A DNA stretch of 64,000 bases, taken from positions 10,438,703 through 10,502,702 of the forward strand of contig CM119263.1 of NCBI GenBank assembly GCA_051294375.1, read 5' to 3'. A program made the translations under genes and the position numbers. This document shows positions 24,100 to 38,400 of this stretch, piece after piece; positions within the stretch are counted from its first letter, which is position 1, and every line of letters begins with the position of its first letter. Under the pieces are notes generated by a model. It was not told where the DNA came from, made no database searches, and worked only from the letters and a program-made list of their open reading frames with translations. This stretch comes from Paraspadella gotoi (taxonomy: Eukaryota; Animalia; Chaetognatha).

Positions 24100-25380
24100 T
24101 ATACCACAAAATGCTTATAAACGGTAAACAAAATATAAATCGCAAACTGAGTTAAAGTAATGATTGATGTCAATTTTTTAGAGATATATAGATGTGTTTA
24201 AAATCATCACCAGTCTTTTAATTGATCCGAAGTGTAAAGACTACTCGCGAATGAGTAATAAATTCAATATTGAGAAGAATATCTTGTGTGATAATACAAA
24301 CATAACTAGATAACTTTAGTGATTCCGCCCTTTTTTCTCCAAAATATTACAAATAAAAAAAAATTAGTATGAATTTGTCATTTTGTTGGCTAATATTTAA
24401 GCTTTTAATAATAAAATTCTTACTGAAAAATGATTAGATAAAAAAATATTGGCTATCTTCTGATTCTAACGAGCTTCATTACTTTAAAAATATCATAAAA
24501 AAATAAGTATTATGAAGTCAAAATGAAAAAAAAATGTTCAGTACGCGAATCGATTTTAGTATTCTTTAGAGTAAGAGAGAGAGAAGAGAGAGAGTAAAGG
24601 GAGAGAGAGAGAAGGGGGAGGGAGATAAAGATAGAAAGCCTTATATTATATTATTATATTATATTACTATATTTATTATATTATACTATATTATATTATT
24701 ATATTTATATCTACTAAGAGTTATATTATACATAATTATATATTACTATAATTATATTATTACTATATATGTACCAAGTAGGAGAGTAAAAGCGGTTTTA
24801 ATATTAAAAATTTTGTCTTTTATATGAATATAGTATAATATAATAGTAATAGTAATATAATAGTGAGGGGGATAGTAATATAGTATAATAATATAATAAT
24901 AATAATATAATAATAAGGCTTTCTATCTTATTCCCCTCGCCCTCCTCTCTCTCCTTTCTCATCTCATCTTTCCTCTCTCTCTCTCTCTCTCCTAAGAAAT
25001 TACAAATAATCGATCCGGTATGACATTTTTTCATTTTGACTCATAATACTTATTTTTTTATGATATTTTAGTATGATAAGCTGTTAGAATCAGAAATGGC
25101 CATATTTTTTTATTATATGCATTTTTCAGTAAAAGAATTCTAATATTAAAAGCTTAAAATATTAGCAAAAATAGACAAATCACAATTTTTATTTGTATAT
25201 ATTTGAGAAAAAGGCGATCACAGTCATGTTGTTTAAAAAATTCTTTAAATATAAAATTTAACTTTATTATTGGCATATTTTCTATCAATTAAAAACTTTT
25301 ATGATAAATCTATCGAAAATTGACTCAAATATTCCATATTGAATGATTATTTTTTTTACTTTTTAAGCATTTTGTGAATT
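24100..25380. repeat. ~1.3-kb imperfect foldback palindrome centred near 24790
   Basis: Left-arm CACAAAATGCTT, TATCATAAAAAAATAAGTATTATGA and ATAGAAAGCCTTA are mirrored by TAAGGCTTTCTAT, TCATAATACTTATTTTTTTATGATA and AAGCATTTTGTG; the arms differ mainly by indels. Confidence 0.85.
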
Positions 25381-25419
25381 GTTTTTATCAATAATGGCAA
25401 CTCTCGGTTGGTATATTCT

Positions 25420-26458
25420 GTCAACTAGGAGAACGTGGAACGGAGGATTCTATCAGTCCCCTTAGCCGAAACAGAGATTTCAATTATCACACAATGTAAG
25501 GAGAAGAGATATACATTTTAATACTAAATTGGGTAATAAGAAAAAAAAGAAAAGTTCATGACGCTAAAGTTAAATAACTACTTAATCCTTATTCCTTAAC
25601 CGGCGAAACTTTTAGAATCGTTAAAATTATTAGTTAATCGCAGATTATATCGCTATTTATTTAGTAGATTGAAAGGAAAAAAATGAAATAATCTTACTTT
25701 TTATACATAGATTTCATTAGATACAGGTACGACGGTTTCATTTCAGGGTCATAGACTTGGTTAAAAAGTTATATTTGTTTTATACATTAGGTTTTAATTG
25801 TTGGTATTATATTTTAGAAAGGCTATATTACTAGCACTTATGTTTGTATTTCTTTTTACATCTTATTTCAATATCAACCGTTATGAACTACAATAGTCTA
25901 TTTTCTTTTAAATTTTAAATAATTTTTTTGCACGACAGTGAGATTTTTTAGTATCATTATGGTTATTTCACAATTTAGAATTTAGACTCTCATGGTCCTC
26001 CTTACCTTACGTCATTCTTTTGTCACAATAACGACAATTGAGGGTTTTTACATTTTTCAAAGATAAAATATTACTTTGAGACTGCGACTGTGCGATTCTA
26101 TTCTGTATTGCTTCACGGATACTTTACGGGTTTGACGGAAGTGTGTTTGGTATGTTTGTTATTTCATACATCCTAGATAGCTCCGTTTTTTAGAATAGAA
26201 CCATGAAACGAAGAGACGAAAAAGTGTCGTCGATCCTGTCAGAAAAAGTCACAACAAAAAACGGAAAAATGATAAAAACAAAAAAAGAGCAAAGGCATTA
26301 GAGGAAACATCAGTACTATACACATGATCTGGACCCGCGTTAGTATGAAACGGGACTTTAAATAAAGATCGGAATGTGAAAGGGACAACAAAAAAGCCTC
26401 TTGTTCATCAAAGACGACCGGAGAGATATCTAAAATTAACGACGACGTACGACACGAC

Positions 26459-26496
<38 letters not shown>
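25420..26496 (-). repeat. Noisy inverted copy of ~36190-36975
   Basis: For example 26369 TCGGAATGTGAAAGGGACAACAAAAAAGCC is the reverse complement of ~36281 GGCTTTTTTTGTTGTCCCTTTCACATTCCGA; the block ends in (GAC)n next to a 25-N gap. Confidence 0.85.
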
Positions 26497-28152
26497 NNNN
26501 NNNNNNNNNNNNNNNNNNNNNGTCATAGTTTTTCCAGTTTCTCCCCCTCGGATCGGTGGCGCCATCGAGATTTCATCTCTCGCATTCTTGCGGATATCTC
26601 GACCCCCGGAGGGCATCCATTGTCTTCGGAGACCGACGCCCCTCTCCGTGCACTCCCTTCTCCCCAACTGCCTCCGCTTCACTTCGAACCCAACTCGACG
26701 AGCGACTCGATCCGTCGGCGCCGACGACGTCGACCGACTAATCGAGAACTCCAGACTCCGGAGCCGGGCTTTCGTCGTAGTCATCGTCGTCGTGGTTGTC
26801 TTTGATTTGTTATCCGCATGCAGTTCCGTATTATAAATTACTACAATTACCAGAATTTACTACAATTCTCNNNNNNNNNNNNNNNNNNNNNNNNNNNNNN
26901 NNNNNNNNNNNNNNNNNNNNNNNNNNNNNNNNNNNNNNNNNNNNNNNNNNNNNNNNNNNNNNNNNNNNNNNNNNNNNNNNNNNNNNNNNNNNNNNNNNCT
27001 TTCTTGTTCATTTTCAAAATTTAGTATTTTGGCCGAATATTCACACCGCCTCATGTACGAAAATTAATTCAAAGTTCTTATCAGCATCGTCTCTTCATAA
27101 TAATCATCTCTATCATCGTCGTCGTCGTCGTTTTTCCCGCCATCCAGTCCACCTCCATCATCGCGCCAAACGACCGACTTCGACTCTGAAGAGTTCGACG
27201 CGTGATTCTCGCTTCGCCGCGAAATTCAAAAAAGCCGAATCTCGAAAACTAAAAAAATACAAATTATAAATCGAAAAAATAAACAATCTTGGATTCCGTC
27301 TCCCTCTCCCTCTCTCTATCTCAACCAAAGAGAGGTAAATATGATTTCTAATCCAACTGATACTCTCGACACTTCTCCCNNNNNNNNNNNNNNNNNNNNN
27401 NNNNNNNNNNNNNNNNNNNNNNNNNNNNNNNNNNNNNNNNNNNNNNNNNNNNNNNNNNNNNNNNNNNNNNNNNNNNNNNNNNNNNNNNNNNNNNNNNNNN
27501 NNNNNNNNNNNNNNNNNNNNNNNNNNNNNNNNNNNNNNNNNNNNNNNNNNNCTCGAGGCGCCGCAGACACAAAGAAAGTTGATCTTTCTTCGAGTTTCCG
27601 CTGATTTCTTCCTCGCCTTTGTAGTCGAAAGAAAAAGGAGCAGCGAAAGTTATGATTGAGATAATGTAGTAAAAGCATGAAACATATACTTCATTAACAG
27701 GGAAGTTACGCACATGGGGAGTTATTAAAATGGACTGTTCTGCTTGAAAGCTTACAAAATTGACCTAGAAAAAGATACGATTCTGTCCGGAACAATAAGA
27801 AATTATGTTTGTTTAATATAAAACCATTTACAAACTTCAATGAATATTATTTATCATTGATTAAATGATACGAAAAAGATGTTAAGACTCAGTGAACAAA
27901 ACCTGAGGGGCAAATGGTTCGTTGGGAGCGAGGAATTGCCGAAGAGCTTGGCGGGAATCAGGTCAGGGACGCGAAAAGGATCAGAAAAACTCATGGACAA
28001 ACATTTTAAAAATTTATAGCGTTCATTGTTTGTTTAGAATTTTATTACATGCGCAAATATAGAAATTTTTTATTTTTTAATTTTGTAATATATCCGACTA
28101 CTGTTGTAAATCCTTAATCCGTTTTGTATTTGCTTTCCTAAAATTTTCGCAG

Positions 28153-28439
28153 TTCCGTTCTAAGAAACTCCTTGCGATCTCATTTTTGCAAAAATGTTAA
28201 AGAAATTGATGCCCCAACATCGAGAGGTCCCAAAAGTTTTCACCTCGCGAGAAAAAACATGGACTCTGCACCACGGAGGTACAACGCCCCTCGCGTCACC
28301 AACATCAGTCAACAACAACAGCAGCAACAACAACGACATCAAACCATTTAATGCCCCTTCAGAGAAAAAAAACTCCCCCAGCGCCGCCCTTTGCCCCTCA
28401 ACCCCACCGAAGAAGAGCGAAACCCCTAAGAAAAAAAAA
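28153..28439 (+). CDS. Candidate exon, low-complexity S/P/N- or Q-rich, unknown product
   Basis: Acceptor TTTTCGCAG (28152) and consensus donor GTAAGT (28440) bracket a GC-richer segment; frame MLKKLMPQHREV...SPSAALCPSTPPKKSETPKKKK is open to the donor, and an alternative frame gives a polyQ tract. Both splice signals are present in the noisy copy near 38800-39140. Confidence 0.35.
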
Positions 28440-28971
28440 GTAAGTTTCCTTCGACGAAGATTTACGCCGAAAATAAATTCGAAAACATTTCCTCTAGGAG
28501 TTTTTCGATTCCCAACGGAACGATGATGAAAATGGATTTTTTTTATAATAAAAAAAACTGATAAAGTTAGTAAGTATGACGGAAAAAGAGATAAGGCAAA
28601 AAAATGTAAAACAGCCGATAAAAAATTATAAAAAAATGAAAAAAAATGTATCGTGAATAAATAGACGATGCGATTTTTCCTATTTTTATTTATCAGAGGA
28701 AAAATCGTTCTCGACTGCTTTCCGAATTTTTTCTCCCTTTTTTTTCAAACTAATTTTCTTTTTTCTTTTTTTTCCTGTTTGTCTCTGTTACTTCTTTTTT
28801 TTTGGTTTATATCTTTTGCGATTTTCAGATTTTTTTTTATTTCTTTCATCTTTTCCTCTGTTTTATTTTTTAAATTATGTTTTATTTTCGATGAAATAAT
28901 CTACGTACAAATTCTCACAAATCTTTCGTTTTAAAGAGAAACATTTAATCTAATTCCTGCGGCATAAAATC

Positions 28972-29419
28972 AACGTGAATTTTTTTTTCATTTTGCCCGT
29001 TTTCTAGTGTTCATTAGTCTTTTATGTATACAATTTCTTATTTTACTTTTAATCATCACTTTCTATGAAGAATTGCAATATTACTTGTTTTACTATATTA
29101 GACTCTAATATTTTTTATTTAATTTAAGGAAAAATGTTAAAATTTAATTTATTTTACTATATATTAGATTTAATTCTGNNNNNNNNNNAACGTGAATTTT
29201 TTTTCATTTTGCCAGTTTTCTAGTGTTCATTGCCAGTCACTGAGAGCAGAAGACCATAACTTATCACATTTCTTATTTTACTTTTAATCATCAGTTCCTC
29301 ATTTTATGAAAAATTGCAATATTATTTGTTTTACTATATTAGACTTTAATATTTTTTATTTAATTTAAGGAAAAATGTTAAAATTTAATTTATTTCACTA
29401 TATATTAGATTTAATTCTG
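28972..29419. repeat. Two variant ~210-230-bp copies flanking a 10-N gap (likely uncollapsed alleles)
   Basis: 28972-29178 and 29189-29419 both run AACGTGAATTTTT...GATTTAATTCTG; the long-read copy (~39730-40020) has only one. Confidence 0.85.
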
Positions 29420-32400
29420 TATTACTGAATAAGCTATAAATATTTTATTTAGTTTTCACAAACCATTCCTCGTTATTTTCTTCCTCTCATCCAACATCAC
29501 CAATTGCAAATTCCGTTTGTGAAGTCCTTCCGTCTTCCAACCAAAAGCTCACTTCACTTTTCCCACAATTTCCCTCGATTTTTCAACCAAGTTTCTGCTC
29601 GTCTGTCCCTTCCTCCGAAGAGTAGATAAGTCTCTCTCGTCTCTNNNNNNNNNNNNNNNNNNNNNNNNNNNNNNNNNNNNNNNNNNNNNNNNNNNNNNNN
29701 NNNNNNNNNNNNNNNNNNNNNNNNNNNNNNNNNNNNNNNNNNNNNNNNNNNNNNTCAAGCACATAAGCAAAAAAGAGAGCATTTTTTAAGGTCCTTTCTT
29801 TTCTTTTTACTTTTTCCTGTTTCCCCGCGTCTCCATTTGTCTTTTTATTATTTTTCCAGTTACTTTAACGTTTACCTCGTTTTCTTCTTTTCTTTTTTTT
29901 TCCTTTTTCAACCATTTTTTTGTTTTATTGCGTCTTTCTTCTCTCCTTTTCCCAATACTGAGTAACATTCCCAACTTCATATTTAACCTTTCTTTCTTCC
30001 CTAGATGCCTTTCTTTCTTTTCTTTTTTCGCTTATATACTATTTCTCTTTTTTCACATTTTTCTTCACACGTACGTTTCCTTCATTCGTCTTCTCCCTAC
30101 CCGTTAATACCTACNNNNNNNNNNNNNNNNNNNNNNNNNNNNNNNNNNNNNNNNNNNNNNNNNNNNNNNNNNNNNNNNNNNNNNNNNNNNNNNNNNNNNN
30201 NNNNNNNNNNNNNNNNNNNNNNNNNNNNNNNNNNNNNNNNNNNNNNNNNNNNNNNNNNNNNNNNNNNNNNNNNNNNNNNNNNNNNNNNNNNNNNNNNNNN
30301 NNNNNNNNNNNNNNNNNNNNNNNNNNNNNNNNNNNNNNNNNNNNNNNNNNNNNNNNNNNNNNNNNNNNNNNNNNNNNNNNNNNNNNNNNNNNNNNNNNNN
30401 NNNNNNNNNNNNNNNNNNNNNNNNNNNNNNNNNNNNNNNNNNNNNNAAAGAAAAGAAAAAGAGACGGATTTTCGCAAACTTCGATTTAACGTATCCTTTC
30501 CTTCAAATTCGTTCAGATTTTGTTTCTCTCTCTCTCTCNNNNNNNNNNNNNNNNNNNNNNNNNNNNNNNNNNNNNNNNNNNNNNNNNNNNNNNNNNNNNN
30601 NNNNNNNNNNNNNNNNNNNNNNNNNNNNNNNNNNNNNNNNNNNNNNNNNNNNNNNNNNNNNNNNNNNNNNNNNNNNNNNNNNNNNNNNNNNNNNNNNNNN
30701 NNNNNNNNNNNNNNNNNNNNNNNNNNNNNNNNNNNNNNNNNNNNNNNNNNNNNNNNNNNNNNNNNNNNNNNNNNNNNNNNNNNNNNNNNNNNNNNNNNNN
30801 NNNNNNNNNNNNNNNNNNNNNNNNNNNNNNNNNNNNNNNNNNNNNNNNNNNNNNNNNNNNNNNNNNNNNNNNNNNNNNNNNNNNNNNNNNNNNNNNNNNN
30901 NNNNNNNNNNNNNNNNNNNNNNNNNNNNNNNNNNNNNNNNNNNNNNNNNNNNNNNNNNNNNNNNNNNNNNNNNNNNNNNNNNNNNNNNNNNNNNNNNNNN
31001 NNNNNNNNNNNNNNNNNNNNNNNNNNNNNNNNNNNNNNNNNNNNNNNNNNNNNNNNNNNNNNNNNNNNNNNNNNNNNNNNNNTTTCTTTTGCATATTTCT
31101 GTTTTCAACTAACTCTTTCCCTTCTTCATCCATCGTCTTTTATAACTTTACTCTTCTCTTCTTTCCATCTTCCTTGTCCTTCATACTTTCGTGATCGGGA
31201 AAGACGCACACCGAGCAAACGTAACCGACACGAACCAGGCAGCTCACGCCCCACACACGACAGGAAGATCCAGACGTTTATGTTCTATATCAGTGGATAG
31301 GTTTCTACAGTCCTGAGCAATAGCGTGATTCGTATTATACTGCACATTTGTCAAGACCATGAAAATGCCCGTTGATTATCATGATACAAGAGTCGGGGCC
31401 CGCAGGAAGACATATTCATAGAACACATAGCACAACCTACCAGGCACCTTAATTAGTGTATACAATCCACAACCTCCAACGCTTCTTATCTCTTAAGGCC
31501 GTACCGCAAAGACAGCCCCTGCTGCGACTCGATCAAGAGATGCAGTTCCGGCTATCAGTCAGATGCATACCCCCAACCGTAAGCGAAAACCAAAACCTTT
31601 GGTAGCCGTAATAAATCTTTCTTGATCTATACATAACTTACCCGCTATCTCAGAAACCGATCTCTCTCCTATCTTTAATTAACAATCTCAATACTCATCC
31701 TCATCAATCAATCCAAATAACCATCTTTCTTCAATTGCTCTTTATCGGATTCTCTTCCTCTGGGCGTCTATTCTACTCAAATCCGTTCTACAAGACCACA
31801 GATCTAAATCGTTCAATCTTAATGACCTTCCAAACCCTTCTCCTTGAGGTGTTCATATTCGTCCGACTCTGAAAGCCTCGCTTCTCAATCTCTCTCTCTC
31901 GCTCTTCCGTGGGATCGCATAACGGACTTTCCTCCTAATGTTTTGGGTAATAAGCTCAATACAGTGATTAAATTGATGATTACAGCGAAAGGGACCTGAC
32001 GTGGGAGTAAAGGAATGAAAGATAAACTACGTGGCAGAGTGCAAAAGTATAAATACCATACAAGAGATTCTTCAAGTAGACTTTAACAAATAGGACAAAA
32101 AAAAAGAATTTAGACAGGGTAAACATATATCGAAACATTAGTACTTAGTATACCTACCCTATATTACCTGTAACGTAGAACAAAAAACGAATGTGAATAA
32201 AATCTATGTTACTACTTATTAAAAATTTCAGTTAAAAGACCATAGCATTCGCATTATTATTATGGAAATAAGGTGTGGGCACTGCGACAGCTTATTCCAT
32301 ATAAAAAATTATATCTTGACCAATAATTAAAAAACGAGGGGCCAAGAAGGAGTAGGCAAGGCCTTGCGCTTTACGACTAGTCAAACCACAGTTTTCATCT

Positions 32401-35400
32401 CAGTTGATGTGGGTAACCTGGGCCCGCCGTTCAAATTTTTCTTGTTTGAGGGCCTGAAAGATAACATTTTATTTTTTTGGGTCGGGAATTGGATTATACA
32501 CTATTTTCCGATATTTTAATTATTGGAGCATTATTGAATACCATTACTTATGTGATCAGAATGTTAAAAACAACTAACGACGTAATTAAACGGCTATAAG
32601 TTTTTTCCGGCGTGAGCCTGAAAAGATAGTCCTGAATAGGACAGTTCCGGATTAAGAATTGCTGGGGATCAGATACATTAACTTCTCTATTTCCTACCTT
32701 ATCGCACACATACTTAATAGCGGTGTGTTAGGTCTAGGCGCCATTAAAATTATTTACCGTAATTAGGATGTAAATCAGTGGTAATCGGATAATTTACCTA
32801 AAATAGACAAAAGGATTGAACTCCCCGTAACTTTACCTTTGATAAGTGCGCTAATAGGAAACCAAAATACCTTGGCCGCAGTTACATTATAGGCAGCGAT
32901 GGACTGCAATATGCTTCACTCTCAGCTTTTTCAATTAAATCTGGCTCGCAGGAATAATTTTCCAAAATTGTACTTCCCTGGTCTGCTGCATCTTAACAAA
33001 ACCGGGAATTTATGGAGCACAGGGGATAACCCTTTTGGCGAAACGGTTTTGCGCTTGCTATTGTCGTCGAAAACGGTGAGTAGATATCACGTATGATTTG
33101 ATCCATCACCGCAAGATGCGCCAAGGCGAATTCGTCCGGGGACGCACGCCCGCGTACTTTTTACTTTAATTAATCCGCAACATTTTATTATAAAACGATA
33201 TTAAATTGCAATAAAATCCGAAAAAGGTCGCATTAAAGGGTAGGGAGAAGGGGAAGGGGGCTCAGTAGTCTTAGAGGACTGATATAGTATATAAATAGCG
33301 GGTTGTGGATCTCTGAAGGATTCGCATAAGCTCACAAAATTAATTATTTATATTCCTGACGATCATATGAGTAGATTTAATAGTAGAATTGCTTATTCTA
33401 CCAGCCTCCTTGAGTATGAAATGAGCGACAACCACAAGAACGACCACAAAAAGACGGGATTCGATACTTCATAATTACTGTATCTCATGGTAACTAGACG
33501 ATAAGGGTTCAAGTACCGCGTCACTGCAAGAGACTACTCAACGAACGGTGACTTCGCTCAGCTTAGCAGGGAGGTCTTAAAATCGAGAGACGGAGGCGAA
33601 TTAGCGCACAGACGAGACCTTTGGCCTTTCCTCGTCAAGGATTACGTTGTCACGATGAACTCAAGGTTAATATCGAACTAAAGCGAGGCGTGAATGCTCG
33701 GGAGATGTCTTTGAAGCCGAATCGCTACGCTCCGCCTTTCCTTCTTCAGACTTTTGCTTCCTATTTTTGTAGAAGTTAATATTTTTTTCTCATCTTTCTG
33801 CATCCACCAGGCCTTAAATATCCCCATCTTAACGATATCATTTACAGGCGTAATTATTCGAAATCGATGTTTTACTATAGCTCCTTTCTGCATTGCAAGG
33901 TCGTATTTTATTTTTTTATTTTTACCTGTTATGTTAAATCTTTTCTAAAGTAAGAAGTAATTCTAATACAAATTAATATGCGCTTGTATAAATATTTCTT
34001 ATTGATAGATGCCTAAGATAGGAATGGTAGAGATTAATCGACCAGAAATATAACAATTATAATTCTTATTTTTATTCTTACCCCTCCATATACTCCCATC
34101 AGCCTACACTGGTTTTTTCTCATATTTCAATCTTTTATTTCCCTTGATCCTCCGCACCGGAAATGGCCTACTCTATCAGTCGCCAAAGCCCATTCCGGCC
34201 GTTGCGCAGTATCCAATGGAATCAAGCCAGGAGGAGGCGTCTTAACTATCGACGATTAACCATAAAGAAAAAAGCGGAATCAATTTGCTCCAAACAATAA
34301 ATAATAATTCAACCTAACAGTCATTACTTAATTGCAAGCAAGATCTAAATTCTGTCGCAATCAAGAAAACAATGGAAGTTGAATTTTTAATACCAATAGA
34401 AAAGGTGAGTCGTAATATGTTTAATTTTTGTTTATTGTGTAACACTAATAGCTAACAAAAAACCCAAAAACAAACTACTTATAAAAAACTTTATTGCGAT
34501 CGTTTATTTTTTCCGAAAGGTAGTGCAAATATGGTGGGCTATATTCGATCAAAGATAAACATTTTGAGTGTGCCTACTTTCAGTTAACAGACAGAAAGAC
34601 AAGTCCGTATGGATCTATGATAATTTAGAAACCATGGCCATTTTTTATTCTTTCAGGTCAGAAAAAATATCTTGCGTAAACCGCACTGTAGCATTTCCAA
34701 AATCCGCCTGGCGTATCTTAAAAGGGCCTTAGGTTTGGGTTTTATTCCTCACAAGTCCATAAAGAGCAGTCGGCCGAAAGAGTGCTTCAATGAAAACTCA
34801 GCTCAAGAGGTATAATCATTGGCGATATGGCTAGGGCTCATTAAAAGGGCAACTCAGAAATCAGAAAAAGTCACTTTAAAAAATTGGTTACCAATGACCT
34901 AAAGAGAGAAACAATCTGAGAATGACATTGAGTAAGATGTCAGGTTTATTTGCTAAGCAAAGACTTGCCTTACAAGCTTGATGCTATTTCATTTTTTGTT
35001 GTAGAATATTGTGATAATTTAAAAGGTCCGGATTTCTGGCATAACTCTCTGAGGTACCCAAGTCTTAGAATAAATCTTTAGTTTTAAGACCAAAGCTCGA
35101 ATTTAAAAAACAGGCACGCCTTTCTAACCGAAGATGTCCAGTCTTGGAATAAAGGCTTCGTGTGCTGTGAAGGGACGATAGCTCCGAGAGGGCGCCGACG
35201 CATTCATCGAGAGGGCTTAGAGGACGGACTGCAGCACGCGCGAAAGGAATTACCGCCGAGGGATTTTCTACAAGACGGCCAACTCGGGCGAAAAAAAGCG
35301 AGAGTCATAATACAGTGACCGGGAAGGCGAGTGTGGGTGAGGAAAAGGGGGAGTCTATATGTTGTCAAATTTTCTTAGTTTGTGCGTTGTATTGTATGTA

Positions 35401-38400
35401 CTGTTTTGTATAGTATCTTGCGTACTTGTGGTTGCCAATAATTGTCGCCGTCGTTGTCGTCATGACTGAGGGCAGGGAGAAGAGAATTGAAAGGTAAGGA
35501 GCTAGAATGAAAGAGACGTCGTCGTCGTGCGTCGTAAAACGTCCGTACGTCCGTCGTCGACGACGGCGGCCCGTGCTCTCTTAATATTTCACATGCACTT
35601 CTCAACCATACAGCGCGCGTTTGTTTCGTAATTAGCTCTCCGGGAATGCCGAACGAGTATCTTCCATTCTTCAGATAAACCTGAGCTCTCATCTCGTCCT
35701 TAGTTTTATTTTTTTTTTCTCAGAACATAACATGTTTTACTTTTTTTTGATACCGAGTAAATATATAAATTGATTAGCATTATGCTTTACTAAATCTTAG
35801 TTGTAGACCAAGGTGAAAAAATTGTAGTGAAAATTTTTAACTCAAGGATATTATTGATTTAAAAACAAAAAAATTGATAAGACTTTATGACAATAAAAGA
35901 TTTTTGTCTTCTCCTCACATTTAATAACTTTCTTTCTCGAAGGAAAAACTACTTCCATTTTTAATTCTTTAATTTCAAATTTGATTCAATATATCTCGAT
36001 TCAATCTTTTTCTCTATTTAATCTCCCTACCCCGATCCCCGCTCCCCTACTCACCAACAACCTATCCGCCGCCGCCTTCGATCCGCCGTCTTCTCCATTC
36101 GAAGCGACAAAGTTTTTCAAGGCCGACTTTTATCAATGTAATGTCGTCGTCTGTCGTCGTCTGTCGTCGTCGTCGTCGTCGTCCGTCGTGCGTCACACGT
36201 CGTCGTCGTCGTCGTCTTTGCGTCGTCCGTCGTCGTCGTTATTTTTAGATATCTCTCCGTCGTGTTTGATGAACAGATAGGCTTTTTTTGTTGTCCCTTT
36301 CACATTCCGACTTCTTTTTAATGAAGTCCGTTTCACCTCGGGTCCAGATTCTGTGTTGTCTGTAATTTGCCTCTCGCGCTCTTTTTTTGTTATTTATCAT
36401 ATTTTCCGCTTTTTGTTGATGACTTTTCTGACGGATCAGGCCGACACTATTTCGTCTTTTCGTCGGTTTACCGAACTAGGAATAACAACAACAACAAACC
36501 AAAATCCGATTGGAAGTCAACTACAGAATTAGAATTCCGCGTTTAACGCGAAAAATATCATGACATGGTGGAGTGCGTAGTTAATGTGTGTAATATTTTA
36601 AATTCAAATAACCTAATGATAAAATCGGGAAGGCAAAAATAGTAGTGTTAGTCCATTGAACGGTTGATATATTGAAAAATTTAATTACTAATAGATAAAT
36701 ACGTAATACTAAAACCAATAAAAAAATTATAACAATGATAACACAGTTTGAACTGAAACCGTCTTTCTGCTTTAATCTTTCATTTTTTTTCCTTCAAATT
36801 CTTGACTTAAGTTAAAAAAGCGAATGCGCTGACTCATCCGACTAAGTTTCGCAGTTAGAAAAAGGATTTGTTTATTTCTTCGTCTGACTTTTTCTTTTTT
36901 TTATTCCTTTTCAATTTTTTAAATTTATCTCTTCGTGAATAATTCGTTTTCGTAAGGAGATAGCCGTTCCCGTTATTTACATTACCACTATCGATATTTT
37001 CCTCTTTTTTTTTTTTTAAGGATAGTCATAAGTTAATTCCAGATTTCTCCCCCTCGGATCGGTGGCGCCATCGAGATTTCAATCTCTCGCATAATCTGCG
37101 GGATATGCCTCGAGCCCCCGGAGGGCATCCTTTGTCTTCGGAGCCGAGCCCTTCCGTCCACTCCTTCTCACCCAACTCCTCCGCTTATCACTTCAACCCA
37201 ACTCGACAGGCGAAAACACTCGATCCGTAACGGCGCTCGACGTGGTCGACCGGCGACTAATCGAGAACTCCAGACACTCGCGGAGCCGGGCCTTTTCGTC
37301 GTAGTCATCGGTCGTCGTGGTTCCGTCGTCTTTGGAATTTGTTATCCGCATAGCAGTTACCGTATTATCAAATTACTTACAATTAACAGAGACATAGTTT
37401 ACTAACAATTCGCAAAAAAAAAAAAAAAAAAAAAATCGGACTAGTTTCAGCTTTTTATCTTTCTTATTTCAATTTTCAAAATTTAGTAATTTTGGCCGAA
37501 TATTCACACCAAGGCTCATGTACAAAATTATTCTAAAAAAGTTGTTATCAAAGCATCGTCTCTTCATAATATCATCTCTATCATCGTCGTCGTCGTCGTT
37601 TTTTTCCCGCGCAATCCCAGTCCACTCCAATCATCGGCGCCAAACGACCGACTTCGACTCTGAAGAGTTTCGACGCGTGAATTCTCGATTACGGCACTGA
37701 AGCAGAAAAATTCCAAAAAAGAAAGAATCTCGAAAACTAAAAAAAAATACAAATTATAAATCCGAAAAATAACAGGGATCTTGGATCCCCGTGCTCACCC
37801 TCATCTCGACAATCTCAACAAAAAGAGCGGTAAATATGATTTAATTCTAAAAATGTCCACTGGAAGACTGCTCGCACTATCTCACCCTAGACCCCTACTC
37901 CCGCCCCCTCTTACACCTCCCCCTCCCCTTTCTCCTCGAGGCGCCGCAGTACAACAAGTAAAGTTTGATCTTTCTTTTCGATGTTTCCGGTACTGATTTC
38001 TTCCGCCGCCTTTGTAAGTCGAAAGAAAAAAAGGAAGCAGGAAAATTTATGATTGGAGAATAATGTAGTAAAAGCATGTATATTATATACTAATTATTAA
38101 CAGGGAGGTTCGCACATGGACTGTTCTGTCTTGAAAGCTTACAGGGTCTTGCAATGTTATTATATTATAAAAGGAATTATAGGGTCTACCAAATAGCAAG
38201 AGTCTTTCAAGGTCTTTTCCAGCCAAAGAGTCTTATCACAAGAGTCTTTGCCAAAGGTCAGAGACATGATAGTTTGTTTTATTGATAATAAATGGAATTA
38301 TACTATTTCATAAAGTTTATAATATAAACCTATTGGCGATGGATGTATGATTGAAAACAGAGAAAAATCACAAATTGACACTCATAGGAAAAAGATACGA

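Noticed and set aside
26538-26836. GC-rich segment open in all three plus frames after TTTTTCCAG
   Set aside because: Openness is expected at this GC content; no frame could be preferred or linked to another exon.
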